IMG/VR virus record: IMGVR_UViG_3300014204_000124
Span: 65,635-129,634 of that record
DNA from: a virus
Taxonomy: Duplodnaviria; Caudoviricetes
Reading direction: 5' to 3' (one strand)
DNA: 64,000 nt
This document shows positions 17,956 to 26,865 of the stretch, in pieces (position 1 is the first letter of the stretch; every line of letters starts with the position of its first letter). Made by a program: the position numbers and the translations under genes. A model generated the notes under the pieces. That model had not been told where the DNA came from and made no database searches. It was given only the letters and a program-made list of their open reading frames with translations.

Positions 17956-18627
17956 ATGGAACAGGATTTGGGGGTGACCCCTCTTGTGCGAACGAGACGG
18001 GGCTTGACTCAAGAGGATCTTGAGAGGATGCGGATACCCAAGTTGTATTGGGAGGTTTCGGAGTCCGGCATCCTTCTTGAATCTGGCAAGCCGGAAGTGT
18101 TGGGGTTTGTGGAACGAGTTTGCGAAGTTGTCGGCAGAGGTTACGGACTTTTGTTGTGGGGCACCAATGGGGTGGGCAAGACTGCCTGTGCTGCTTTGGT
18201 TGCGAAGGAGGCGTGTCGGTTTGGGTGGACGGTTCTTTTTATCCGAGTCGCCGACCTATTGGCGTGGGAGACGAAGAAGGAGTTTTTTTGTGTGAGCGAC
18301 GGCGAGACAGTCTGGAACCGCGCTCGTAGGGTTGACCTGTTGGTGTTGGATGATTTAGGGAAGGAGAACCTAGACGCTGGTGGCAAAGCGTTGAAGGAAT
18401 TGGAAGAGTTCATCCGGGAACGTGTTTCTATGAAGCGGTCGACCATATTCACTACCAATCTGAGTATACGGGATGATATGCCGGGCATTTATATGGAAAG
18501 CATGATGAGTGTATTGAAGGAATCTGTTCTGGCTGTTTGCTGTGAGGGACCGGACCACAGGCAGCAAAAGGCAGACGATGTCAAGCAGTTTTTGGTGGGT
18601 GGTACGGACTTAGGGCGGGGTGCATAA
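17956..18627 (+). CDS. DnaC/IstB-like helicase loader ATPase
   Basis: LLLWGTNGVGKT, DLLVLDDLGKE, TIFTTNL. Confidence 0.9.
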   Translation: MEQDLGVTPLVRTRRGLTQEDLERMRIPKLYWEVSESGILLESGKPEVLGFVERVCEVVGRGYGLLLWGTNGVGKTACAALVAKEACRFGWTVLFIRVADLLAWETKKEFFCVSDGETVWNRARRVDLLVLDDLGKENLDAGGKALKELEEFIRERVSMKRSTIFTTNLSIRDDMPGIYMESMMSVLKESVLAVCCEGPDHRQQKADDVKQFLVGGTDLGRGA

Positions 18628-19967
18628 TGTCAGAATCGAAGGAGAGGATGCGTAGGCTGGCGTGGACTTTGCTTTCGTTGGTGGCCCGTGGGGGGAACAG
18701 AGTTTACCGGAAGCTGGTTAAGCGGGGGGTGTCGCCTCTGTTTTTCCCTGACGAGTACCTGGATATCTGGCGGTACTATGCGAAGGTTATGGATGAGGAG
18801 GGTCGGGTTCCGTCTTTGGACGAGATTGATGATCGTTTCAACATACCAATGGATGGTGAAACGTCTCCGTCGAGACTAGATGAAATTGTGCAATCGATTG
18901 CGGCGGGGCTGGCGACGAGCGTGTTTGGAGAGGGCATGGAGCCTGCTCTTGCTGCATGTCGAGCTGGTGATTTGAATGGTGCGTTGACTGCGGCTGAGAA
19001 TCAGATACGTCGGGCGAAGAGTTTGCACAGTGGAGGTGTCAAGGCATCTCCGTTGTATTCCTTTTCGGATGAAGTTGTGGCGCTTTACGAACGTGCTAAC
19101 AGGGGCGACCTCGGCGTGCCGTTCCCATGGCCTACGATGAATTCTTGCACGATGGGAATGTGGGAACGTACGCTGACGCTGTTCGTGGCTCGGCCCGGTG
19201 TCGGCAAGACAATGAGTTCTCTGATTGTTGCCAAGAACGCAAGGGAGCGGGCTGATGTTGATATCCTCTATATTTCGCCTGAGATGTTCAAGTGGGAGAT
19301 AGCGGAGCGAAATCTTGCGATGGAGTCTCGTGTCAACTACGGTCGTATGATTCAGGGCCGTTTCCGGGAAGATGAGGAAGTGCGGTTCCGGGAAAATGCT
19401 ACGAGGCAGAAGGGAGATTTAGACAACGGTTGGTGGATTGTTGACCGTGCTGACATCATTTCCGCCAAGGATGACCTGCTGGTGTTGGAGGGGCTGATTG
19501 AGGAGCACCGGGAAAGGTCGGTTTTGCGTGGTCGCCGATTGTTGGTGATAATGGATGCTTTATATAAATTAGGTCGGGGCGGGGACCGTCAAGTTCAGAT
19601 GGTAGAAAACATTCTTTGGGCCGTCCGAATGGGGATTCAGTTTAATGTTCCTGTGTTAGCTACTACGCAGTTCAATCGAACGGCGGGGGCGGGTGGGAAG
19701 GATGCTTCTTTGGAGTCGTTAGGTCTTACTGATGTCGCTGCATGGGAAGCGCACCAGATATTTGCCTTGATCCGAGATTCGGATGCTATTGCGGCGAAGC
19801 AGATGATTTGGAAGTTATTGAAGGTGCGGCGTCTTGCGGCTGGCGGTGCAAAGGAGTTTCGATCGTTTTGGGATTTTGATACGATGTCGTTTGGAGAGGT
19901 GGCGTCAGCGTCGGAGTTCAAGGCTGAGGATTATACCAAGGTGGTAGATCCCGATGTCAAATACTAG
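18627..19967 (+). CDS. dnaB: DnaB-like replicative helicase
   Basis: ARPGVGKT, ISPEM, IMD.L..L, TQFNR, KVRR. Confidence 0.88.
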   Translation: MSESKERMRRLAWTLLSLVARGGNRVYRKLVKRGVSPLFFPDEYLDIWRYYAKVMDEEGRVPSLDEIDDRFNIPMDGETSPSRLDEIVQSIAAGLATSVFGEGMEPALAACRAGDLNGALTAAENQIRRAKSLHSGGVKASPLYSFSDEVVALYERANRGDLGVPFPWPTMNSCTMGMWERTLTLFVARPGVGKTMSSLIVAKNARERADVDILYISPEMFKWEIAERNLAMESRVNYGRMIQGRFREDEEVRFRENATRQKGDLDNGWWIVDRADIISAKDDLLVLEGLIEEHRERSVLRGRRLLVIMDALYKLGRGGDRQVQMVENILWAVRMGIQFNVPVLATTQFNRTAGAGGKDASLESLGLTDVAAWEAHQIFALIRDSDAIAAKQMIWKLLKVRRLAAGGAKEFRSFWDFDTMSFGEVASASEFKAEDYTKVVDPDVKY

Positions 19968-19975
19968 GAGGCAAC

Positions 19976-20116
19976 ATGCAAGTAGTAGAAGTTGTTCTGA
20001 AGGATGGCCGAATTGTTCGCGCCACTGTATCTGCGGGTGTTTATATCCAGGAGTCTACGGGGCAACCTATTGTGGCTTCTGAGGTTGTTGAGGTCCGAGG
20101 ATTATTGTTAGAATAG
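19976..20116 (+). CDS. 46-aa hypothetical protein (not in ORF track)
   Basis: AGGAGG RBS; MQVVEVVLKDGRIV...; fills the gap exactly. Confidence 0.6.
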   Translation: MQVVEVVLKDGRIVRATVSAGVYIQESTGQPIVASEVVEVRGLLLE

Positions 20117-20141
20117 GTGGTCCTTGCGTGGGGGTTATCAG

Positions 20142-20834
20142 ATGGAATACGGGTTTGAAACGCCGAGCGAGTGGAGTCGCAGGTTTGAGGCTCTCGCTCT
20201 TGTTGGGGAGAGATTGTATGCGTCGAAGATAAGGTTCAAGGACGAAAGTTTTTGGATGCGTTTGTTGGGGATGCTGCTATTTTTCAACAAAGATTTTTTG
20301 ACGAGGTATACCACGACGCTTTTCCGAACTGTTTGGTTTACATCTCGTTCGGAGGTTCAGGATTCTCCTGAGTTTGCGTTCCGTACTTTGGCCCACGAAT
20401 TAGTTCATATCGATAGGTGCGGTGGGAAGTTCCACCGTTGGCTATGGTTCTCGTTGAAGTATTTGTTTCCGCAGAGTCTATCCTTATTGTCATTGGGTGC
20501 TGTGTTGGCGTTTTGGGTTGGGCCTTGGGCGCTGCTGTTTCTGCTTTTTTTATGTGCTCTATTGCCCTGGCCTGCGCCATTCCGAGTTGAGGAGGAGGTT
20601 TGGGGTTATTCGATGAGTCAGGTTGTTATTTATTGGTGTCGTGGGAGGCGATGGACGGGGGTGGTAAACAGCGATTGGGCAGCAGAATTCACAGGTTGCG
20701 GGTATTACTGGATGGCCCCAGAGTGGGAGCCGGTGAGAAAGCGTATTGAAATGAGAGCTGGGTGGATGGAGGGGGAAACTCATTGGCCGTTGGGGTCGGC
20801 AATCAGGAGCATTTGTTTCGGGGTGAGATTATGA
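20142..20834 (+). CDS. putative membrane-associated zinc metalloprotease
   Basis: LAHELVH (HExxH), hydrophobic hairpin, downstream EEEVWGY. Confidence 0.65.
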   Translation: MEYGFETPSEWSRRFEALALVGERLYASKIRFKDESFWMRLLGMLLFFNKDFLTRYTTTLFRTVWFTSRSEVQDSPEFAFRTLAHELVHIDRCGGKFHRWLWFSLKYLFPQSLSLLSLGAVLAFWVGPWALLFLLFLCALLPWPAPFRVEEEVWGYSMSQVVIYWCRGRRWTGVVNSDWAAEFTGCGYYWMAPEWEPVRKRIEMRAGWMEGETHWPLGSAIRSICFGVRL

Positions 20835-21070
20835 GCGTTTCCTATGACAGCGACAGCGAGGTTCTGTCTTTGGGGCCGGGTGCGGATGTACCACTGGTTA
20901 AGATTCGTGAATTTGCAGCGGCTGGGAAGGGTGTTCACGACGTGATAAGGGCCATTGCTCTTTATTTGCACGCCACACTTGCGGAAGAGACCATAGATGC
21001 TCTTTTCGCGGTTCTTGAAGAGATTCGTGTTGAGGAGCGGGTGTGTGGTTTGTACAGGGGGGATGTGTGA
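20831..21070 (+). CDS. small hypothetical protein
   Basis: ATGA-coupled ORF. Confidence 0.5.
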   Translation: MSVSYDSDSEVLSLGPGADVPLVKIREFAAAGKGVHDVIRAIALYLHATLAEETIDALFAVLEEIRVEERVCGLYRGDV

Positions 21071-21381
21071 AATCAAGGGCGCTGACAATGGTTCGCGGCG
21101 AACCTATGTTTATTGTCGGCGTTCACTCGGGAGAGCGAGTGTCAGAAGTTGCAGATATTGACCCTGATTATGTTGCGGGGTTGATGAGCCTGGATATGTG
21201 TGCGGAAGAGCGTGCTGCGTTAGAATCTGTGTTATCCCGTTCTTCGCAGCGGGTGTTCGAAATGGTTTTGGGGGACGATGGTGTGTATCGCATGAATACC
21301 ATGGTTTATGATAAGCGGGAAGAGGCTACGGATATTTCGGTTATGATGAGCGGGTTGTTTAGAAAACTGAGGGGTGAATAA
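21067..21381 (+). CDS. small protein with ExoX C-terminal/DUF3820-like motif
   Basis: G.HSGERVSEV...DPDYV. Confidence 0.5.
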   Translation: MKSRALTMVRGEPMFIVGVHSGERVSEVADIDPDYVAGLMSLDMCAEERAALESVLSRSSQRVFEMVLGDDGVYRMNTMVYDKREEATDISVMMSGLFRKLRGE

Positions 21382-21741
21382 ATGAAGTTCTCGACGACAG
21401 GTGGGAAAGTTGTTATCGAATTGGATGAGGTATTGGAACGCAAATTGACGATGGAGGGGGAGAAGGATATAGGTGGTGGCAAGAAACTGTTCTTAGTGAG
21501 GACATCGGGAGTAGAAGGACCTGCTATTATCCCGCAGATGCGTGTAGGTCGGATTGTTGGGTTGAGCCGTGGGATGTGGAGGAAGGTGTGTGGGCGTGAC
21601 CAATTCTTCGAGATGCCGAAGACATTAGTTATAGGAATGCTGGTTTGTGTTCCGCCGTTCACCCTGGCTGTTTTTGATGTTGGAGGGCGGAAACTGGTTG
21701 CGGTCAATCCTCATGCGATAATGGGCCGTGTGGTCGAGTAA
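21382..21741 (+). CDS. hypothetical protein
   Basis: Abuts both neighbours. Confidence 0.55.
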   Translation: MKFSTTGGKVVIELDEVLERKLTMEGEKDIGGGKKLFLVRTSGVEGPAIIPQMRVGRIVGLSRGMWRKVCGRDQFFEMPKTLVIGMLVCVPPFTLAVFDVGGRKLVAVNPHAIMGRVVE

Positions 21742-22796
21742 TGACTCTTGAGGATATACGGAAGTTTTGTGAGATGATGGGCGGTGTTTGTCAGGAGCAT
21801 GGCGAGACAGTCCGTACCAATTGTCCATTTGCTGAATGGGATCATGATTCTGGGGTGAACACTAAGCCTGCTTTTGCCATAAAAGTAGTGGAGGAGGGAG
21901 GCGGTAGTCCGTGTCAGTGCTTTTCATGCGGTTATAAGGGCACCATGTGGGGTGTAGGTCGGGATCTTGTGGAACGTGGTGGGAAGCGGTTCGAACCCGT
22001 GCGCAGGTTTTTGCGTCGAGTAGCCGATTGCAAGGGGGGGGAGCCATATGAGACGACGCCGGAGACGCTGCGGATAGTGCAGTCTAAGAAGTCCCTGGAC
22101 GGGCCTATTGTTGAGTATCCAGACGATTTAGTTATGGGAGAGGAGTGTTACCGCGACTATTCTGGGGCCGTCCCTCGCTACGCGCTGGACCGTGGACTGA
22201 AGCTGAGCACTTGCAGGGAGTGGGAGCTGGGGCATGATCCTTGGATGAAGCGGTTATTATTCCCGGTTCGGGATTACAGAGGTCGGCTTGTTGGTGTGAG
22301 TGGCCGCCTTTATTATGCTGGTTGTGCCAAGTGTTTCAGGAGTATTCCAAGGGATTCCAAACATCGTGTATGCGTAGGTTGTGGTTGGCCGGTAGAAGGC
22401 AAGTACAAGCATACCGAGGGGTTCAAAAAGGAGTATGTTTTGTTTGGCGAGCATAAGATCAACGGTAATCTGGACGTTGCCATTATTGTAGAAGGACCGT
22501 TGGATGCCTTGCACTTGTGGCAGTTTGGATATGACAACGTGCTTGCTTTGCAGGGGTCGGACCCTTCGGTGAAGCAGTTGCGCAAGTTGATTCATTTTTT
22601 TCGGAGCATAGTAGTGTTCGTAGATGCCGATAAAGCCGGGAAGAAGTTGGGGGAAAAGATGGCACAGAAGTTGTGGGATAAGATGGAAAACATATGGGTC
22701 GTTGGCGGTGAGAAGGATGATGGGAAGGACCCGGCTGAGCGGTCTCAGGCTGAGGTTTTCAATATGCTTCGTGGTTATGTTTCTCCAGTGCGATAA
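21741..22796 (+). CDS. dnaG: DNA primase (Zn finger plus TOPRIM)
   Basis: CPF...H..CFSC; RLLFPVRD..G.LVGVSGR; IVEGPLD, DADKAG, KDPAE. Confidence 0.9.
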   Translation: MTLEDIRKFCEMMGGVCQEHGETVRTNCPFAEWDHDSGVNTKPAFAIKVVEEGGGSPCQCFSCGYKGTMWGVGRDLVERGGKRFEPVRRFLRRVADCKGGEPYETTPETLRIVQSKKSLDGPIVEYPDDLVMGEECYRDYSGAVPRYALDRGLKLSTCREWELGHDPWMKRLLFPVRDYRGRLVGVSGRLYYAGCAKCFRSIPRDSKHRVCVGCGWPVEGKYKHTEGFKKEYVLFGEHKINGNLDVAIIVEGPLDALHLWQFGYDNVLALQGSDPSVKQLRKLIHFFRSIVVFVDADKAGKKLGEKMAQKLWDKMENIWVVGGEKDDGKDPAERSQAEVFNMLRGYVSPVR

Positions 22797-22803
22797 TTTA
22801 GGC

Positions 22804-22835
22804 TTGACTCTGTGGGGAATGGGATTATACTGCAA
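22804..22835 (+). promoter_or_regulatory. phage promoter variant
   Basis: TTGACT-16nt-TATACT-GCAA with the GAT prefix of the repeated motif. Confidence 0.7.
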
Positions 22836-22857
22836 TGGAGAGTAGAGGAGGGCAGAG

Positions 22858-23553
22858 ATGTCGACTTGGAGTAGGACAGGGTTTGAGTTTGTAGGTGAAT
22901 TGATGCGCCTTAAGATGATGCAGAACCTACAGCCGCCCAGGCTGGTGTTGCGGAAGGGAGACGAAAAGCACTTGGTGTTTCTCGATGGTGATGGGTCTAG
23001 CGCCCCTTTTGTGACGGTAGAACATCGCAAAAAGGTGAATGGGGCATGGACGTTTCCGGTTTGCCAGAATGCCGAGATCATTCTTGCAGGCAAGGCTGAT
23101 GGGTTTGTAGAGTGCTACGGATGTGACGAAGCTTCTCAGCGCCATTTTGTTGGGATGCTTACTGTCATTGATATTGAGGGGTACGCTGTAGAGGGGAAGG
23201 AGCATCGTGGCTTGCGCCGGATATATCCTGGGGACGAAACAGCCTTGCAGAAATTGGATGAGATTCGTGTTCGGGAATGTGGTGGGGACTTAGCCGGTGC
23301 AATAATTGTAGTAAAAGAAGATATAGGTGACTGGGGGTCGGTGGGGACATCTTTTACGTTCAAAAAGAAGATTCCGAAGGGGAATTGGGCAGCCGCTGCT
23401 AAGAAGGCAGGAGGTGATATTTCTAAGAATCCTTGGGAGCCCTTCAACTATGCTTCGTTTGTGAAATTGGTATCAAACGACACCATGAGGTCGATATGGG
23501 CGGGGAAAGTTCCCGAGTCAGGTCCGGCAACGGATGATGTCATAAAGTATTGA
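22858..23553 (+). CDS. T4 gp32-like single-stranded DNA-binding protein
   Basis: EH...C...CYGC zinc ligands, FVGMLTVID, acidic tail DDVIKY. Confidence 0.65.
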   Translation: MSTWSRTGFEFVGELMRLKMMQNLQPPRLVLRKGDEKHLVFLDGDGSSAPFVTVEHRKKVNGAWTFPVCQNAEIILAGKADGFVECYGCDEASQRHFVGMLTVIDIEGYAVEGKEHRGLRRIYPGDETALQKLDEIRVRECGGDLAGAIIVVKEDIGDWGSVGTSFTFKKKIPKGNWAAAAKKAGGDISKNPWEPFNYASFVKLVSNDTMRSIWAGKVPESGPATDDVIKY

Positions 23554-23560
23554 GGTCGTC

Positions 23561-23761
23561 ATGGTCGTTATGGCTGTACTATTGGTATTGACTCTTTTGG
23601 GGCAAGTGAATGTGGTCTTGTATTTGATTCGTTTGGATAGAAGAGTGGCCAGGGTCGAGGCGATGCACGGGCGGTTGAACGCGTTGTGCGATGCGTACGG
23701 GATTGAGGAGGACGGGGTTGTTCCTGTCGTCCTGTCACGGATAGGTGATGAAGATGAGTGA
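23561..23761 (+). CDS. small membrane protein
   Basis: Hydrophobic N-terminus; GAGG RBS. Confidence 0.5.
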   Translation: MVVMAVLLVLTLLGQVNVVLYLIRLDRRVARVEAMHGRLNALCDAYGIEEDGVVPVVLSRIGDEDE

Positions 23762-24008
23762 AGAGAAGAAGGTGCGGGCTGGTAGTAAGGCTCTGGGTTG
23801 GGGCATGTTTGTCAGTTTGAATGGTAATGTTGTAGAAACAAGGATGGTTGGTCGGGCCTGTTCTACGGAGGACGTTCTTGCCGTGGTCAAGGAAAGCCTT
23901 GTGGCCAAAGGGAAGGAGTCTGAGTTTTACGGAGCTGTCATAGAGGTGTTCGCTATAAAGGCACGCCGAACTCCCGTGGTGGAGAGTAAGACGGTGGTGA
24001 CGCTATGA
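23754..24008 (+). CDS. hypothetical protein
   Basis: Coupled ORF. Confidence 0.55.
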   Translation: MSEEKKVRAGSKALGWGMFVSLNGNVVETRMVGRACSTEDVLAVVKESLVAKGKESEFYGAVIEVFAIKARRTPVVESKTVVTL

Positions 24009-24445
24009 CACTCAAGATAGGTTCTCTTGTTTTCGGTATTGCGAGGCGTCAGAGCAATGTTCCGCCGCTCTTTGTAGTGCATAGAGGGCTTGTGAAGGGG
24101 GTGGATGCGAAGGCTGGCATGGTAGAAATTGACGATGGCGGGAAGTCTCTTGTTATCGTGATGCTGCGGCATGTGTATCTTGCCGAGGCGAAGGCTCGGG
24201 CGGTAGTGAAGGCTCTGTCGTTGGAAGGTCACAAGGCTTTTCAATTGGCAAATGCGGAGGCTCCTGATAAGGCACCTGAGCGTATGGTAGATATGTGGCA
24301 GCGGCAGGTGGAACTTGTAGAGTCGGGGAAGATTCCCGTTGTAGGATACTACGATGAAACCGGGAAATTGTTTTCTCCGCGACAAAGGCGAAAGCTCCAG
24401 CGGCAGATGCGCGAGATTTTCGGCAAGGGGGTTGGCGACCGGTGA
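24005..24445 (+). CDS. hypothetical protein
   Basis: Coupled ORF. Confidence 0.55.
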   Translation: MTLKIGSLVFGIARRQSNVPPLFVVHRGLVKGVDAKAGMVEIDDGGKSLVIVMLRHVYLAEAKARAVVKALSLEGHKAFQLANAEAPDKAPERMVDMWQRQVELVESGKIPVVGYYDETGKLFSPRQRRKLQRQMREIFGKGVGDR

Positions 24446-25944
24446 TTATTGGTAAAGACATGATGGTTATGGATCGCATGGCTTGGTTCGATAAGTCGGC
24501 GGTCTCTGATACTGAGTTGAGGAGGTTGCGGGTTCTGCTGACCAAAACGCCTAAGAGAATCGCCGAGTTTGCTATGTTCGACGACGATGACGACGATAAG
24601 GAGGTCGCATTGTTTGAGGAGCATGGCAGGTGGTTTGGGGTGCCGCGAGCGTATTGGGAATCAGAGCTTCGGCCCAAGATGAAGCTGAGGGAGTTCTCAC
24701 GGTTCTCCGATGTTGTGGCGGTCCCGAACGATCGGTTACGGCTTTCCGGGCTGAGTAGTGACGGACCGTACGCTGAGCAGGCGGAGATGGTTGAGACGAT
24801 AGTCTCCTACTTACGGGACGGTAAGGGTGTAGGTGGCATCTTCCGAGCGGACCCAGGGTATGGGAAGACAGTCGTGGCGCTTCGGGCGATAGCAGGGCTG
24901 AAGGTCCCGACGATTGTCGTGGTTCACAAAGAGTTCCTGATGAACCAGTGGTATCGACGTATTCAGAAGTATCTACCGGATGCTAAGGTCGGGTTCATTC
25001 AGCAGGAACGGGCCGAGTTTGTTGGTTGTGACATTGTGATTGCGATGCTTCAGTCGTTAGCGCAGCGGGAGTATTGTCCAGAGTTGTTCAATTCGTTTGG
25101 ATTGGTCATCTCCGATGAGTGCCATCGACTTGGAAGTTGTACGTGGGCTCCTGTGATCCGTAAGTTCCGCTCGAAGTGGCGGCTTGGATTGTCGGCCACG
25201 TTGCGTCGCAAAGACGGCATGGAAGACGTTTTCCGGTGGAATATCGGTCCGGTGATTGCCCAGGCGAAGGTAGGGTCAAAGATTCCATCGTTGAAGCGAA
25301 TCAGGACCTCTGCGAAGTTGCCGTCTATGGCAAAGTTTGAGGGGAACTCCAGGGTAGCGATGACGGACAAGGAACAGGGGAAGAGTGTCATGACCCCGAC
25401 CGTGTTGCGTTACCTATGCAAAGATACGGCTCGGAATGCTGTTATTCTGGAGCAGGTGTATTTGGCGGCGACGAGTTTGAACCGGCGGAAAGTGATTGTG
25501 TTGAGTGAGCGGAAGGAGTCGCACCTTCACATTCTGCGTGGAGTGTTCGAAGATATGTGCCGCAGGGGGGGGAAGGATATCACGACATCGTTCTACTATG
25601 GTGGGAAGAGCGAGCGGGATTTAGCTTTAGCAGAGCGTGCTCAGGTGATATTCAGCACGTTTCAAATGGTGAGTGAGGCGTTGGATATTGAGGCGCTCGA
25701 CATGGTTGTTTTGGCGACACCTGTGTCAGACGTAGAACAGGCGATAGGTCGGGTTAGACGGCACTGTTTGCCGAGCGAGGAGAAGTGTGTTCTGTTGTGC
25801 CCATGGAGAGCCGGAATGTGCAAGGGTAAGCCGGAACCTATCGTTTTGGACGTGATGGACCCATTGGTGGAGAAGTGCAACAGCAAGGCTCGTTGGCGGC
25901 TTGCGTTATATAGAGAGATAGGGATGTTGGGAAAATGTCCTTGA
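24442..25944 (+). CDS. SF2 (UvsW/XPB-like) DNA helicase
   Basis: DPGYGKT, ISDECH, LGLSAT, EQAIGRVRR. Confidence 0.9.
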   Translation: MIIGKDMMVMDRMAWFDKSAVSDTELRRLRVLLTKTPKRIAEFAMFDDDDDDKEVALFEEHGRWFGVPRAYWESELRPKMKLREFSRFSDVVAVPNDRLRLSGLSSDGPYAEQAEMVETIVSYLRDGKGVGGIFRADPGYGKTVVALRAIAGLKVPTIVVVHKEFLMNQWYRRIQKYLPDAKVGFIQQERAEFVGCDIVIAMLQSLAQREYCPELFNSFGLVISDECHRLGSCTWAPVIRKFRSKWRLGLSATLRRKDGMEDVFRWNIGPVIAQAKVGSKIPSLKRIRTSAKLPSMAKFEGNSRVAMTDKEQGKSVMTPTVLRYLCKDTARNAVILEQVYLAATSLNRRKVIVLSERKESHLHILRGVFEDMCRRGGKDITTSFYYGGKSERDLALAERAQVIFSTFQMVSEALDIEALDMVVLATPVSDVEQAIGRVRRHCLPSEEKCVLLCPWRAGMCKGKPEPIVLDVMDPLVEKCNSKARWRLALYREIGMLGKCP

Positions 25945-25973
25945 CAATCCCGTGTTACTGATTATGCTGTAAG
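25941..25973 (+). promoter_or_regulatory. phage early promoter (repeated motif)
   Basis: TTGACA-16nt-TATGCT-GTAAG. Confidence 0.8.
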
Positions 25974-25988
25974 AGTCAGGAGGTTGGC

Positions 25989-26309
25989 ATGAGAATGGTA
26001 AGAGCGAGAAAGCCTGTAATGATGGAGTACAGAGGTATTCTGTACACAGTGTTCAGGGTGGGAGATTTAGCAGCGGCGGTCGGTAAGGCTAGTCAGACGG
26101 TGTCATATTGGCATCGTAATGATATCCTTCCTGAGCCCCCGTTCCGAAACGAGCGTGGAACTGGTGGTGACCGGTTTTATACGAGTGAGATGATCGCTGC
26201 GGTACAGACAGCGGTTGAGAAACGTGGTCCTAATGGGATAAAGGATTCCCAGGTTTTCCGTCAAGAAGTAGTCGATGCTTGGCGGGCGTTGGGTTTTGAT
26301 GTGATGTAG
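25989..26309 (+). CDS. MerR-type HTH DNA-binding protein
   Basis: FRVGDLAAAVGKASQTVSYW...ILPEP...RFYT. Confidence 0.8.
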   Translation: MRMVRARKPVMMEYRGILYTVFRVGDLAAAVGKASQTVSYWHRNDILPEPPFRNERGTGGDRFYTSEMIAAVQTAVEKRGPNGIKDSQVFRQEVVDAWRALGFDVM

Positions 26310-26312
26310 GAG

Positions 26313-26858
26313 TTGAGTATGCGAAACAATCCGCAGTGTTTTTTCACGGTTCGGGAAGAAGACAAAAAGAATCTGCTCTCCGAGGATCGTGGTGTGGTTA
26401 TCCCGCCCTTCCCATTGGTGGCATTCCCAACGGCATACCTATTCGTGGACATGAAGTACACGAAGTGTCTGGCACCGTATCGTTTCAGAAAATCAAGTGT
26501 GGGGCTGGGCATACCGTTTGACCAGAAGGAAATAGAAACTGTGTGGGAACAGGTTCAGCCCTGGATCTCCCGTAGGTTGAAAGAACTGTCGGTCAGGCAG
26601 CTTTTGGCGGATGAGGCGTATACTGGTCTTGTTGTGGCCGGGCCTGTTCCAGCCGGGCCTGTCGTACATGTCCCCGTTTCAATGGGGGACACGGTCCCTC
26701 TCGAAAATTTCGAATCAGTGAGTCTTGATGTAGGGTTGACGTTATTGGCGGACCCGGACAGGGTTCTGGATACGTTCAACTGGGGTGCTGATTGGTGTAT
26801 GGGGAAAGTCACATCAGTTGTGGCGGCGATAAACGGCGTGAAACAAGCAAACAGATAG
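26313..26858 (+). CDS. hypothetical protein with a tandemly duplicated domain
   Basis: VDMKYTKCL..Y....VGL...W and VSMGDTVPL..F....VGL...W. Confidence 0.6.
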   Translation: MSMRNNPQCFFTVREEDKKNLLSEDRGVVIPPFPLVAFPTAYLFVDMKYTKCLAPYRFRKSSVGLGIPFDQKEIETVWEQVQPWISRRLKELSVRQLLADEAYTGLVVAGPVPAGPVVHVPVSMGDTVPLENFESVSLDVGLTLLADPDRVLDTFNWGADWCMGKVTSVVAAINGVKQANR

Positions 26859-26865
26859 GTGCGTT

